Positions 12,257-27,105 of a stretch of DNA of 64,000 bases are shown here, piece by piece; position 1 is the first letter of the stretch; every line of letters starts with the position of its first letter. Under the pieces are notes generated by a model. It worked only from the letters and a program-made list of their open reading frames with translations, made no database searches and had not been told where the DNA came from. The DNA is from Paraspadella gotoi (Eukaryota > Animalia > Chaetognatha), in assembly GCA_051294375.1 (NCBI GenBank), contig CM119266.1:23982411-24046410 (forward strand). Reading direction: 5' to 3'. The translations under genes were made by a program, and so were the position numbers.

Positions 12257-14791
12257 AAGATTGCCCTCGTCTTTGGTCAAAGGCTTAAGTATAGCGAGAA
12301 AAGGGCGTTTTCCTTGACTGGACGATCGGCCATTAAATGTATTTTGCTCTCAAGCTCAGACGATGCGAAAAGGTTGCTCTCATGATCCAAATCGTCTATA
12401 CGTTGTATGTAGAAAAATCTATCAAATTATATGTATTTAAATTTTTTTAGAAGAACTTCTCTCTTTAATGGCATTTCTCCGTCATTAAAAATGTATGTAT
12501 ATAAAACTAGAATATGTTTTTTACTAAATTAACTTATATAGCTTTTCCTTTTTGTTTTTCTGTTTCTGTATCTTTTTTTGTTCATCTCTTTCAGGGAGAA
12601 GGAATGTGCCTATAATTAGATTAGGGTCGAGTAGTAGCTGCTTTCAACTTTGAGATTCTTTGTCAAATTCAAAAATGTTTATCTTGAAACAACACAATCA
12701 CTCTCGCTATATCTTTTTACGATAAGTACTTAACATTTTTTAATCTCATTTGCATATAGCAGTAAAATTTATTCGTATTCTTTTTTATAGTTTTAAACCT
12801 GATAGGAATTCCTAAAAGCTTTTTGCCGCATTTCATGGTACTCTCTATGTTTTACAATAAAAGTTATCTTGTTTTATTCACTTCTATACTCAAGAAGCAT
12901 CTTTGGTTTTGGTAATTTCCTATTACAAGAGCACAAGTTTTTATCGTCGTTATAAAAACAAAGCTAACGGTGTATTTCTGAGATATTCGTTAAAATCTGA
13001 CTACCTAATTAAACGAAACTTAAGATTTACAATATTGCCGTTTCTTTGAACGCACGTTAACGTGTGTAATAAATAATTGATATAAGCGACCTTAGTGAAT
13101 GTTTGTTTCTTCATTTTTATTATTTATAATCGCTTTTCCATTTCCCCCCAAAACAAATTCCCATTTTGATTTTTGTTCAGTTGCGCCGCCTTGCACTCGC
13201 GGAGCAACTCACTTCGTATAATACTATAAAACATTGCAAAAGTCATTTGTTGTATTTTTTATATTGTGTAGTCACGTGATGACTCATTGGTTAAGTATAC
13301 TTAAAAAATAAATTTTAAATCCTTTCATATTGATAACTTAGTTATTGCATTTCAGAGAGATTTCATGATCTTCATGAAATTAGTACAACCAATATAATAA
13401 TTTATTTATTGGCACTTTTTTTCAAAGAAGCCCCCTTGCTGCGGCTCCTGAGGCTCTCCTCTGAGAGATATGTCGTGGTCACTAGTTTGGAAGTTTGGAA
13501 TCAAAATTTAGCAGATATATCTTGAATACTATTATATTAGTGAATACTAATCTGTAGTTATTTTTCTTTTCATATTTATATTTGTGGCGATTTGCGTCAC
13601 TGACTTATATTGTAAAATATAAATCTGGTGATTACAAAGAAAAAATAAAAGCATGTCAAACTAATTTGCATATTGCAGTACAAAATACTTTGTTTTAAAT
13701 ACTATCAATTTTAAGCAACATAAATTTTTTTTTACGAATAATGAAAAAAGAATATAACTAGTATTACGTAACACCAGATATTTTACCTTTAATTCTTAAA
13801 CGTTCTAATTACGGTTAAAATTTAAAATTTGCAGTGTATGTCAAGTTTTCGAAGGCATGCACAATAGTAATTTATTTAAATAAAAAGACTACCCTTTACA
13901 ATCTGATCAGATTTCCTTATATTTCCGTAATTGTCCGATTTTGATGATTTTTTGCATGATAGCAATATTTAATCACACTGTAATGTGTGTATTGTAAACC
14001 TCGGTAGAACTTCGAGCGAATCTATTAGTTAAGTTATGTGGCAAACATAGAGAAAAAGAAAGAAAACGACGAAAAGTTTGGGAAGAAAAAGTGAGACAGA
14101 AAGAGAGAGAGAGAGAGATAAGCAAAGACAAATGATTCGGAAAGGTCGAAGGGTTGGGGGATCATGAGGTAAAACTTTCGTAATACTGCTTCTCCTATGC
14201 GTTGTTTGTGGATATTACGCAGAGGAAATAATGATTATCATTATTGATACGAAAGAAAATAAATTAGTTTTTTAATTTGTAATAATTTTTTTTTACCAAT
14301 TTCATAAAATTCAGCTCCTTGTATTTTTATGCTAGTGCAGAGTACAATATAGTATTCCCCGATCTAATACTTTTATAAAAATTGAAAATAAAAATTTAAA
14401 ATTTAAAATTTGATAGAGAAGCCAAGTACATTTGGAGTGAATAAACGAGACTGAGAGAGTCAGAGCTTGTAGAGACCTGCTATATTATTATCTTGTATGA
14501 GTGACCAATTTCACAACAAGAAGAATCTAGAATATTTTATTATATTTTACTTCAACATCAATCATATAATATGTAAAGTAAACTTGTCTATTTTATCTTC
14601 TTTTATACAAAATGAGAAAAAAAACAGGAAAAATATCTAAAAATAAATTAAAAAGTAAAGAGGAAAGCGCAGAAGAAATTTATTTTCCTTCCATTTTACG
14701 ACCTAAACATTAAAAGTTTATGGTGACTCGAAAACTGGGTTCTTTTTGTGCGCTGAGAACTTTGAAGAGTTGACGAAAGAGCGAAGAAGTG

Positions 14792-14900
<109 letters not shown>

Positions 14901-15071
14901 TCGAGTTGGGATTTAGGATCCAGCTCGATCGGGGGTGATGTGGCTGTAGTGAAGAGCGGCGAAGACTACGCAGAAGGTTAAGGCCGTTGAGATGTTGAAC
15001 GGCGACATTACGGAGGAACGTTACGAGCGAGAGGACTCTCGTAAAGAGAAGACGGAGACGATACTTACGCC

Positions 15072-15103
<32 letters not shown>

Positions 15104-15367
15104 GAACGAAGATGATTTTAACCATCGGGTTCAATGTCACTCAAAGCACAAACAGAGTCGCGATCAAAAGGGAAAGAGGAACAACAAATGAAAAAGAAAA
15201 TAGAAAACAAGGGAGAAGGACAGAAAACAGACAGATGGAGACTTCTTTTATAACGTTAGTTTTTCAAAACGTTTAAGAGTCAGTCTTTCTCCCTTTCTCT
15301 TCTTCTCTCTCTCTCTCTCCCTCGTCTCTCTCTCTCTCTCTCGTCTCTCTCTCTCTCCGTCTTCTCC

Positions 15368-15404
<37 letters not shown>

Positions 15405-15420
15405 CAAAGACAAAGAAGTC

Positions 15421-15730
15421 TGATATTGTCGTTTTGATTTCACGAGGTTCTTAACGAGAACGAATGAAGGTGAGAAAGTAGGGTTGAGGCCGTTTTGATT
15501 CGAAACACGGGAATGTGATGGGAAAGTGTGATAGAAATTGGACTTAGGAGCTATGATAGCGATACTGATGGAAAGCTAAATTGCTACTTAGGGAGCAAGG
15601 TGCTTAGTTGGTCGGGGGTGTTAAACTGGTACACTTATTATAAATTATCTGAGAGAAACGAAAAAGGAACACTCCTCAAATTTTATTGAATAATGTGGAA
15701 ATTTGTTCTTGCCATTGTCATTTGTACGCC

Positions 15731-15823
<93 letters not shown>

Positions 15824-16429
15824 CTCTACTTTCTCGGTATTCTTGTCGATTAACTTTCTTTTCTCTTCCTCCTTTCATTTCACCTTCTTCTTTCCTTTCC
15901 TCCCTCCATCCTTCTTCCTCGTCTATTTCCTTCCTTCTCCTCTCTTTCTGCGCTTCTGTCTGCTCCGCCTCTTCCACAAATTCAACGCCCTCTCCTTGGG
16001 GTCACGGAAAGAAAATTAAAGGGCCTCGCGGTGTGTCGTTGTTGTCCTTGCTGTATTCGGATGGCTGACTCTATGGGAGTTTTTTTAGAATTTAATTTCC
16101 GGGAAAGAAAATCAGACGATGTTATAGTAGAACTTAAATTAATACATAACCGGCTAACTTTGTAGGGTGTGTCGTCTTTCAAGGAAATAAGGTTTAGATG
16201 ATTACACGAACCGGCGAAGAAACAGCGGTGTTTCCTTCGTGGTCTCTGGAGGCTGAGACTGAGCTGGAGTGGTGGAAGGGGGATTTGGAAAAAAGGGTAA
16301 AGGGAGAATGAATTAAAGGGGTGGGTGGGGAGTAGGTGGGTTGGAGAAGGGATGCAAGCAGAATCGCTGAGGCGAAGAAAGGAATCGAAGAGTATCCTCG
16401 TCGAGAGCGTTTAGACATAATAAGACTTT

Positions 16430-16528
<99 letters not shown>

Positions 16529-16625
16529 ATTGACAGATTGAAATCATCGCTCGCAAGATTCGAGAAATGAGCGATGGATATCTATAAAAAACTACTTCTT
16601 AAGGTCGTGGAATGGTTATGAAAAT
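15421..16625. repeat. Triplicated ~1.2-kb block, copy A
   Basis: Near-identical to 16651-17851 and, from ~15693 on, to 26253-27195; ends exactly at a 25-N gap. Confidence 0.9.
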
Positions 16626-16650
16626 NNNNNNNNNNNNNNNNNNNNNNNNN

Positions 16651-16947
16651 ATCTGTCGTTTTGATTCACGAGGTTCTTAACGAGAACGAATGAAGGTGAG
16701 AAAGTAGGGTTGAGGCCGTTTGATTCGAAACACGGGATGTGATGGGAAAGTGTGATAGAAATTGGACTTAGGAGCTATGATAGCGATACTGATGGAAAGC
16801 TAAATTGCTACTTAGGGAGCAAGGTCAGTGGGGGTGTTAAAACTGGATACACTATTATAAATTATCTGAGAGAAACGAAAAAGGAACACTCCTCAAATTT
16901 TATTGAATAATGTGGAATTTGTTCTTGCCATTGGTCATTTGTACGCC

Positions 16948-16984
<37 letters not shown>

Positions 16985-16991
16985 TCTCTCT

Positions 16992-17038
<47 letters not shown>

Positions 17039-17652
17039 CTCTCTCTACTTTTCTCGGTATTCTTGTCGATTAACTTTCTTTTCTTCCCTCCTTTCATTTC
17101 ACCTTCTTCTTTCCTTTCCTCCCTCCATCCTTCTTCCTCGTCTATTTCCTTCCTTCTCCTCTCTTTCTGCGCTTCTGTCTGGCTCCGCTCTTCCACAAAT
17201 TCAACGCCTCTTCCTTGGAGGTCACGGAAAGAAAAATTAAAGGGCCTCGCGGTTGTCGTTGTTGTCCTTGCTGTTTCGGATGGCTGACTCTATGGGAGTT
17301 TTTTTTAGAATTTAATTTCCGGGAAAGAAAATCAGACGATGTTATAGTAGAACTTAAATTAATACATAACCGGCTAACTTTGTAGGGTGTGTGTCTTTCA
17401 AGAGGAAATAAGGTTTCAGATGATTACACGAACCGGCGAAGAAACAGCGGTGTTTCCTTCGTGGTCCTGGAGGCTGAGACTGAGCTGGAGCGGTGGAAGG
17501 GGGATTTGGAAAAAAGGGTAAAGGGGAGAATGAATTAAAGGGGGTGGGTGGGGAGTAGGTGGGTTGGAGAAGGGATGCAAGCAGAATCGCTGAGGCGAAG
17601 AAAGGAAATCGAAGAGTATCCTCGTCGAGAGCGTTTAAGACATAATAAGACT

Positions 17653-17743
<91 letters not shown>

Positions 17744-17851
17744 AGAGAGAAATTGAGCAGATTGAAATCATTCGCTCGCAAGATTCGAGAAATGAGCGAT
17801 GGATATCTATAAAAAAACTACTTCTTAAGTCGTGGAATTGGTTATGAAAAT
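16651..17851. repeat. Triplicated block, copy B (likely gap-fill artefact)
   Basis: Bounded by 25-N gaps on both sides (16626-16650, 17852-17876); ends on the same sequence (GGTTATGAAAAT) as copy A and differs mainly by 1-bp indels. Confidence 0.88.
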
Positions 17852-20800
17852 NNNNNNNNNNNNNNNNNNNNNNNNNCTTCGTGGTTGTCTCCTTCGTCGA
17901 CTCGGGAAACACGCTTTCAACGCTGTCCTCCGAGGCGAAGAATCCGATCTGAGCAATTTCCATCATCTCGCCTCGGCGCCGAAAAGAAATTATCATTCCT
18001 TTAACGCCAGACGACGGTTCTTATCCAATTTGGATCCAGATTTCGCCGACTCGTCCTTCTTGCTGTACGAAACCAAGTTACAGCCTGTGGAGGCCCGGCG
18101 TTAAGTCAGAAAGGTGCCTAGGCAACACTCGTACGGGCGGCGCCGTCGTGTCGACCCGAATGAAAAATCTCGATCGCGATTGATTTTTTAAATAATAAAT
18201 CATCCGTTGATTTAGTTTGAGGGAAAGTGAATGAATGACGAATACCTCACCTCAAAGAACTTACTCTTTTGTTATATTTTTCATTTATATTAGCTATGCA
18301 TAACCGAATTCTTTTACAGAGCGCCTCGCCGAAAAACGAAAATTCGTTTTTCCCTTATTTTGCTTGATTTCGTTCGGCCGAGAAAATTTCCCCATGACTG
18401 CACAAACCTGAAATTCTGATTAAATGATTTTTCAGATTTGAATTTTTTGATTATTTATTGCTGTTTAAGATGTTTAAGACAATGTTTTCTTCAGAACTGT
18501 CTTTGTTTTGTTAGTACCCATTTATTTAAGAATTTATTATTATTTCAGTGACTGGAAATAGGTTTTTTAAAAATATATTTTATTATTATTTCCGATTTTG
18601 TAAGTGCACCCCCTACTCGAAATTTTTTGTTCAATTTTGACAGTTAAAAATGAAGTTTTCGAAATTATTCTGTTTGTCTAATTTTTATGTACGGATTCAA
18701 ATTTTTATAGAAGATCAAAATGATTGTTTGGCGTGACAGTCGTTGAAGTTCGTTTTATGCCGATTTTATTCGCGTTTTCGTTTATGCGTTACGTCGATGC
18801 GCGGGCGTTTTGTATGGAAAGATACGAGTTTTGTGGAAGTTTATTGAAAAAAGAAAAAATAATTTTTTATTATTTTGCCGTCATTTGCATAACGGGTTTC
18901 AAACGACGCGTGGCGGTGGATGGTCGCTTCGTTCTTTGTTTTCCTCCCTTTTTTTCCACCCGTTGAGGACCGTTCCTTTGTCGAGTTTCTCCAAGTTTCA
19001 GACGGGTAGACAGAGACGTGTATATAAAAATTTCAAAGCTTCAAGATGCAGGCCTCCATCGATTGGGTGGTGTTCAGAACTTAGTTCCGGCAACCTGCAA
19101 GGTATGACTCGCCCGTCGCGAGTCTAGGTCGCAAGACCAAGCTGTTCCTGTTCGGACAGCCCTGAGACGGCAAAACGACGGAAAAAATAGGCCGGCGCTT
19201 TGACGCAAAGATTTTTGTCAATATAGCAATCGAAAAGTCCAGCTGTTATGTGGCGGCCGCATCCCAATCTGGAGACGCTTGTGCCGCCGGTTCGCCTATA
19301 TTTGCAGGAGCTCGCGCGCGAGTGAGGCCGCGATGTAGAACCCGGATCTTGCAGAGGTGGCAAGATTGCAGGAGGAGCCAGTATGAGGGCGGGGCCTACC
19401 CGAGGCGGAGTATTGCATGACTAGGAGATGAAGCTCATGAACGGGGCGTCCGGGGCGCCGATCGGGCTCTCACGTGACACCGATCAAGAGCGGGACAGGC
19501 GTCCGGGCTATTTCAGCCCACAAGTGACGCGCGGTTATGTAGTGACGGGGCGTCCGGGCCTCTACGGAGCCCCGTGGACGCGCTCAAGTTGACGAGAGAA
19601 GAGAATCCCCGAGGCGCCGCGTGAGTTTTCGACGGCTTTCGGAAGCCGCCACCCTGTCGCGAAGGCAAGTGCTCCGCCCGGGATCGGACGAAGGAGCCCG
19701 GTAGGATCAGGCGCGTCTTGGTGAGTCGCGATGGCATGTCTATTAGAGAGGGGCGTTGTTTGAGATTTCCATTCTCCGACGCCCGCTCTCTTGTGTTTGT
19801 GGGCAGCCTTGGTGTCCGTTGGGGTCCGGCGGGGAGATATTTTGAGATTGTTTATGATTTTTTTAGTTGTTTGCCGGGACGGTTTAGATACAGCCCTATC
19901 CTCCCTTCGTGGAGATATGGGGCTAAATCTTGTTACGCAGCACATAGAAATCATTGTTTAAAGGTTTGGTGGTTTAGCGGAAGCTCCCTTCCCCTGTTAC
20001 AAGACCACTGAGCTATTTAAATATGGGTGGTTAAATGTTCACGTGATTTACTTATTTTATTTGGCACAGTAAAGTAAGTAATATTGCGGCGCATTAGTCG
20101 TCGCGTCTGAGTCATTTTCTCAGTGGGCATCCTAAACAATTATTACATGTGCTTTATGGATAAGATAAAGTCGCAAAAATGTACCTTGATTATTAATTAC
20201 CTAGGGCGGTTTTGTAATCTAACATTTTTCCGCACCACTGTATATAAATATAATTATTTATTTCTAATTAATTTATTTCGTTGCCTTTTCTTTACAGAAA
20301 ACCCCAACGGATCTGGTTTCGTCGTTCGTCATTTGGGTCAGTGGTTCTCTCTGAGATTTTCCATCTGACGACCGTTTTCGACGAAAAAACGGATTCTTTA
20401 GTTAGTCTCTCCTTATATTTTTTTTTTCCGTTTTTCTAGTCCTGCGTCCGTTAACTGCGAGCCAGGACAAAGTCTGCGTTCCGTTCTATACGGCCAGACA
20501 TTTTTATTTTAAACGGGGGCGGCAGAAGTTTTTTTCCAATCTTTCTTGTGCGACGGCCCGGTCGCGATGAAAGTTAAGTTTTTTCGTTTTTGAAACGCTT
20601 ACAGCTGTTTTAAAGTAAAAATATTAGAAGATTTTTTTAATACTAACCGAGCGTTTTTTAATGGTTTAATTTTAAATGAATTATTATAATTTTTATATTA
20701 TTATTTTTCATTTTTTATATTAAATTAAACTCCCGCGAGAGCGCGAGTCTTCCTTGACTGCTTTTTCGGGTATTTTTTTCTCTAATGTTACAGGCGCCCC

Positions 20801-23800
20801 GCGCCTCTGAAGGCTTTAGTCTATTTTTTTGCTTTAAGCGCTCTAAGCCTTTCTCGCAAGGCTTTTCTTTCTGTGAGCTGAAAAGCTCGGTCTTCCATTT
20901 TTCAATTTAACTATTTTTTTATGTTTAATTAATAGTTATTTTTATTTTCTTTATTTTTCCCGTTTTTCTGATTTGTTCAAATTCTCGATTGAAAGTTCTG
21001 GATTCTCCTCGTGGCGGGAGTAAGGGTTGATCTCGAAAACGGATTCGATTCCTGTAAAACGTTGGCGAAAAACGTTATTTATTAATCATTTTCTTTCAGT
21101 CGCGTTACACTCGGATTTCCTATTTTTTCTGCCACTCCCCCCCCCTCCCTAGCAAACTTTTTTATGGGGAGGTGCCCCGCCTAAAAAAGCCGTATTTATT
21201 TTTATTTCGATTTTTGTCATGTTTTATTTGGCCTATTTATTTCGAATTTCTGCAGCCATGTCGACTTGAATCGCATGGGGCGCCTTTGTGACGGAGTCCT
21301 CTTTGCTTTGCCATGCTTTCGACGTTCCGTCTCGGTTCAGCAAAGTATCGGTGGAAGGGGTGTTTTTTCATGGGGCCGGCGGTGACAGGTTCGTGCGGAA
21401 GGCTTGCCGTGCAGCGGCAAGTCTGGCCCGTTCTAGCCTCTCTTCGTTCGACAATGTGTAAACTTGACATTTTTCTAAATCTCGATTTTTTGCCTTTTTC
21501 ATGTATCGGTATTTTAACGTTTTATGTTTATGTGAAGGATTTTAGAAAAATTTTATTTTGCTTATCCATCGGAATGTTAAGGTTTTTCGGCTTGGAGCAA
21601 CGAAATTTCTTTTCTTTTCCGTTGGATTTGTACGCGCGCCATCGTTTGCGTTCGATGGCATCGTCATGGTGTCGTAAGTTTACAAGACATTGTTTTCGTA
21701 TGTTTTATGCTCGTTTTAACATCCGGCATTCAGCGCGATGAAAACATGACGTTCCGGTTTGTAGCGGGACGCTCGGATCGTGACGCGATCACGGTGTTAA
21801 AGCTACGAATTTCGAAAGTTGCGTTGGTCGTGCTGGAACGTTTGGTGCAAGCGGAACATTTCTGAAAGATTAATTATTGATACTTACGTTTTTCTTAATA
21901 TTTTTTAGTTTAAATGAATATTTATTTTTAGGTAATTATCGTTATTATTGTGTGTTTGGTTTTCCGGGGGTAGTGTTAAACCTCAACTTTTAATCGATCG
22001 TACGGCTTCGATTATCTCTGGATAAAGCGTTATTTTAACATTCATGCCTTTTCCTGCAAGATTCTTCGCGACTTCTTACGCTCGGAGGAATTGTGGAGAT
22101 TTTCCCCCGTTCCCCCCAAAACATTACAAATCTAACTACGCGTAGTTCTTTTCTTGTATTTTTTTGGACTGTAACGATTTTTTTTCCTAAATTTTTTTCG
22201 AAATTTTTTTTTGCTTTTTTGTGACGAAACAGGTTCGTTCCTCTCCGTTCGTTGCGGGGGGGTACGGCCAATTTTCGATATGAATAATTTAGTATTTTTT
22301 AGAAAAATATGGTTTTAATTAATACTTTGTTCGTTTTTAAGAAAATATGTTATTTTTCGTTTTTTAGTAATTAAGTCCTTAACCCACTAAATTACAAAGA
22401 GTATTTTTGCGTTTTTATTTTTTAGATTAAGTTTCTTTTAGAGTGAAGAAAAGGTGAAAATGAGTCAAGGTCAAGGTTTTTTGGTTGAGTGAAGAGGAGG
22501 AAACAAAACCACGGCTCGCCAAAGCGTGTTCTTCCCGCACCAGAACAAGACGGAAAGAACGAAACCCTCTTCGGAGGCGTGTGCAAACCACCCCACATGC
22601 TTAAAAAAACCCATCTGTCCCATTTTTCTTTGTATTTATTTAGTTTTGTTCGTTTTTTGATAGCCTAGCGAGAAGAGACGACGAATTTAGAGTAGGAAGA
22701 TTAATATTAAAATTATAACTTTCCTCTGATCATTATATTATGCATAGTTTGCCCCTAATATTTTTTTCGCTTTTGATAAAAAGTTTTTTGCCTCAAACTT
22801 TCAAAATACTCAGAGCGGACGGAGTTTTGTGAGTTGATGCTAAAAATATCACATAACTTTAGGCATATTGGACGACGGTCAACCCTGTATCAAGGACTGT
22901 CTCCTGCGCCGCCGCAAGGCGGGCGGTTTCTTCTGGTACACACCGCCGGTTCCAGTAAGAATGGAGAGAAGATCGTCGGGGAACTCCCAATTTTTTCGGC
23001 ATTCGCGAACGAAAGGTTTACTTGTTTTGTGACCACCAGTCTTCTTCTTTAGGCGGGCAAAGGACCTTACCGAAAAACCCTTCCCCCCCCCATTTTAAGT
23101 ACATACCCGGACCTTACAGTTAGTGTCCGGCTTTCCCGGCAAGTCAGCTGGTTCGTAATCGTTTGGTGATTGTTACGTCTCATTTTGTATTTTCTCCCTT
23201 TAATTATAAGGAAAGCAGGAGCTGGAATAAGGGAGCCAGCGCAACGAGGGGATTTACCATGTTATTGCTGGTTTTAAATTTTTGGGCAGGGTTTGAGGGT
23301 CTCGCCCCATCCGTTGTCTCTTAGTTTTACCTTGCCGTAGTTATTTCATGTAACTCGTGCAGACGGATGCTTTAAAAAAAATTACCAATAAAGTAAGTTC
23401 TATTATATGCATCCAGGTGAGATTATTTTCTTTCTTAGTGTATTCGATTTTTTTGGTTTTCGTATGTCGGGGTTTTAGTATGTGATAGGAATTAGATATT
23501 CGTTTTTCAGGTTTAGTTTCAATATTTTTTTATTTTGCCAACCTACTACGACTTAGGTAGATAAGGTATTTTAATTCTTTTTGATTTTCAGTTATGATTT
23601 TCAAGAAAGATTTTTTTACAAGGAAGATTCGGACGGCGAAGATTTTAGTGCAGGATTGATCCCAAGATTAGTATTTTTTATATTTTGTCTCAATTTACTA
23701 CTTTTTCCCGTCGAGGTCAGTATAAGGTTTTTCGTTGTCTAGTACGGTGTGGGTCTCTAATATTTTTTGGTATATGGATTAGTCGAACGTTACGGCTAGA

Positions 23801-26252
23801 TTCTTAAAGATTCGGCTTCCGTATCGGTGGTCCTCATCGAGATTCGTAGAGGGATGCTTGAATGAATGCTTTGTGAATGACTGTAAGATATGCTTGACAG
23901 GTTCTTGATGAGCCACGCTGGGTAGAGGAACAATTGAATATTTGAGATTTGTGTCATTCGGTTCTTCTGTTTTCGTGATTTATGAAAGGCACCTTTTTGC
24001 CTCGCTCATGTTCGTTTGAAGATCGAAAGGGTGGTATTCGCTCTTTAGCCGGGTTCGATATCTAACTTCGAGATCCTATTTCTGTTCCTGCTGGGTGGGG
24101 CAGAAGATGCCATTTCGGTATAAAAAAAAAAAAAAAATATAATACGTGTATATCGTTTACCTAAATCCCGACAACCATAGAATTTTTTCTTTTCACCTTT
24201 CTTCGTCCGTCTCAGGAACTTCCGAAATTGTGTCCGGGCAGGTGACCCGGTATTTGTCCTTGCAATTCGTGGCTCTCCATTAAAATTCACGTTTCTTTTC
24301 TTAGTTGGCTACTTTTTCAAAGATTCGGGTGTCAATATATGTCGGAAACCGAGCAGATTCGGCACCGGTCGTGGTCAGTTACAACCGGCTCTTCGTGCTT
24401 CTCGAACGCTGTATAGTGACTATAAATCGGTGTTATTAAAGTCGGCCACCGGGTGGGTGTACGTTCTAGTATACTACCGGCTTTAAATCTCGGATATAAA
24501 AGGCTTACTATATTGCTTTTGCTTTTGAACTAGTTATTTGTGTAGTTGTATGATGCCCGAAGTCAGGCTTGCCATAAAATCATTTTATATTGTGTCAGTT
24601 AGTTTAGTCAGTCAGAAATTAGTTTAGCTCCCTTCGTTCATTCCCCCTGCTTGTGTCGAGTCTATTGATAGGTCCATTTGTATGCTATCTGTTTTTCAGT
24701 TGCGGTTCAAACGTTTTTAAAGTACAGATAACAAGTCAGATTGACAGTTTTTAGTGTTTGCGTTTTTTTGGATTTAACGTTTGCAAACGGTAAGCCTTGT
24801 ACTGATACACGCCCGTACGAGGATTATTTGTTTCTTCTTGTTCGGTATAGTAGAGACGTTCTTTTCGGCATACCTCGTTCACACGGCGCTTCGCTAATCT
24901 GCTGCATGAAGTTGTGTGAGGCGGACCTCCGGCTCTCTCGTAGGACCGCATTTAGCATGACCTATAGTCTGTCTATGCTATTGTTCTTGTTTTTGCGTGT
25001 GAAAATATTTAGTATTTAGACAATTACGACAATCCTCGGTATTTATGTTATTACATCATGGCTCGGTTTTTCTAAAATTACTTATTGTGTTAACCATCTG
25101 TTTCGTCTTCCATAACGATGAATTAACTTTGAAGTACAATTAGCTGTGAGATGGATGTTGTGGTCATGTTCTGCCGGCTCAGTTTGTCGTCTTGCCGTCG
25201 GCACCCGTCTCGTTACCATGTTCTATTAATTATCGTACGTTTCGTCAGTTTTTGTCAGTTTTTTTGGAATTTTTAAGTATTTTGATGGTTTTTGAACAGT
25301 GGTAAGTCTCTGGCGGCGACATTTTTGGCATTATCTCAGCATTAAAATACTTTCCTTCCTACTTTCTGCACCCTCGCTGATCGATAGTGTTTATGTTTTT
25401 ATGTGTTTTTCTAGACACTGCTTCAAGGTATTGTTATGCTTGATCATACCCAATAGCGGGGTGTTGACAAATAACTATCTCTAAATTTCGAGAGAAATCC
25501 AGCTTCTCTTACCTTTTCCCGTTGCTCTTTTGCTCTTTATTACTGACCATCGAATAATGCCACCCGTTCTAGCGATCGCACGAATCTTAGGTTCGTTCTC
25601 TTGTTATACCTACTTAGTACAGAATCGAAGGCAGTTGTACAGCTGATTCTGTATTTGTGCCCGTTATATTCGATAGATTTCTTATTAAGATTGCTTGTTA
25701 TCGAATCTGCCATCGTGCATCTTTCAGATCTTCAAATTGTCACTGGGTTTTTAGTTCTTTTTCAAGTGAGTCATTAGAAATACTCTTATCAGATATCTCG
25801 GAAATCTTATTTTTTGTGTGATCGTCTGGTTTGGTGTGCTTTTCTATGTAATATGAATCATCTCTTTTTGGGTTAATTATTGGCGTCAGAAAACAAGTAA
25901 GAAAGCACACTTAAAGTTTATATATATTTGCTGAGTTTGTACTATTAAATGGTTTTTTGTTATTCTTTGCCAGGACTTGTCTAACCTTCACACGGACTTT
26001 ATCAATGCGTATTCTACGACATTTCGTCAATCCTGGGTCTGTTTCGTCATTCGTCGTCCTTTCTGGCCTTTAGCGACGTCGTTTCTCCGAGGACTGTCGT
26101 CGTCCACTCCAGGGCTCGAGACCGGCGCCTACGTCTCTTCTGCGCCATTTCATTTCCGCGATTTTATCTTCTGCTACTTGAATGCCTAGATTAAAAGCCT
26201 AGTCAGTAAGAATTATAAAGCGCCCATTCTCTGAACTTAGTACCATATACCA

Positions 26253-26291
26253 ATGTGGAAATTTTTCTTGCCACTTGGTCATTTGTACGCC

Positions 26292-26373
<82 letters not shown>

Positions 26374-26999
26374 CTCTACTTTCCCGGTATTCTTGTCGCA
26401 TTAACTTTCTTTTCTTCCCTCCTTTCATTTCACCTTCTTCTTTCCTTTCCTCCCCTCCATCCTTCTTTCCTCTTATTTTCCTTCCTTTCTCCTTCCTCTC
26501 TTTCTGCGCTTCTGTCTGGCTCCGCCTCTTCCACAAATTCAACGCCCTCTCCTTTGGAGGTCACGGAAAGAAAAATTAAAGGGCCTCGCGGTTGTCGTTG
26601 TTGTCCTTGCTGTTATTCGGATGGCTGACTCTATGGGAGTTTTTTTTAGAATTTAATTTTCCGGGAAAGAAAATCAGACGATGTTATAGTAGAACTTAAA
26701 TTAATACATAACCGGCTAACTTTGTAGGGTGTGTGTCTTTTCAGAGAGAAATAAGGTTTTCAGATGATTACACGAACCGGCGAAGAAACAGCGGTGTTTC
26801 CTTCGTGGTCTCTGGAGGCTGAGACTGAGCTGGCAGTGGGTGGAAGGGGGATTTGGAAAAAAGGGTAAAGGGGAGAATGAATTTAAAGGGGTGGGTGGGG
26901 AGTAGGTGGGTTGGAGAAGGGATGCAAGCAGAATCGCTGAGGCGAAGAAAGGAAAATCGAAGAGTATCCATCGTCGAGAGCGTTTAGACATAATAAGAC

Positions 27000-27037
<38 letters not shown>

Positions 27038-27066
27038 AGAGGAGAGGAGAGAGAGAGAGGAGAGAG

Positions 27067-27105
<39 letters not shown>

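Noticed and set aside
15062-15125. Minus-strand signal-peptide-like exon [19 protein letters not shown] followed by GTAAGT
   Set aside because: The hydrophobicity comes from a (GAC/GAT)n simple repeat common in this genome; no downstream exon found.
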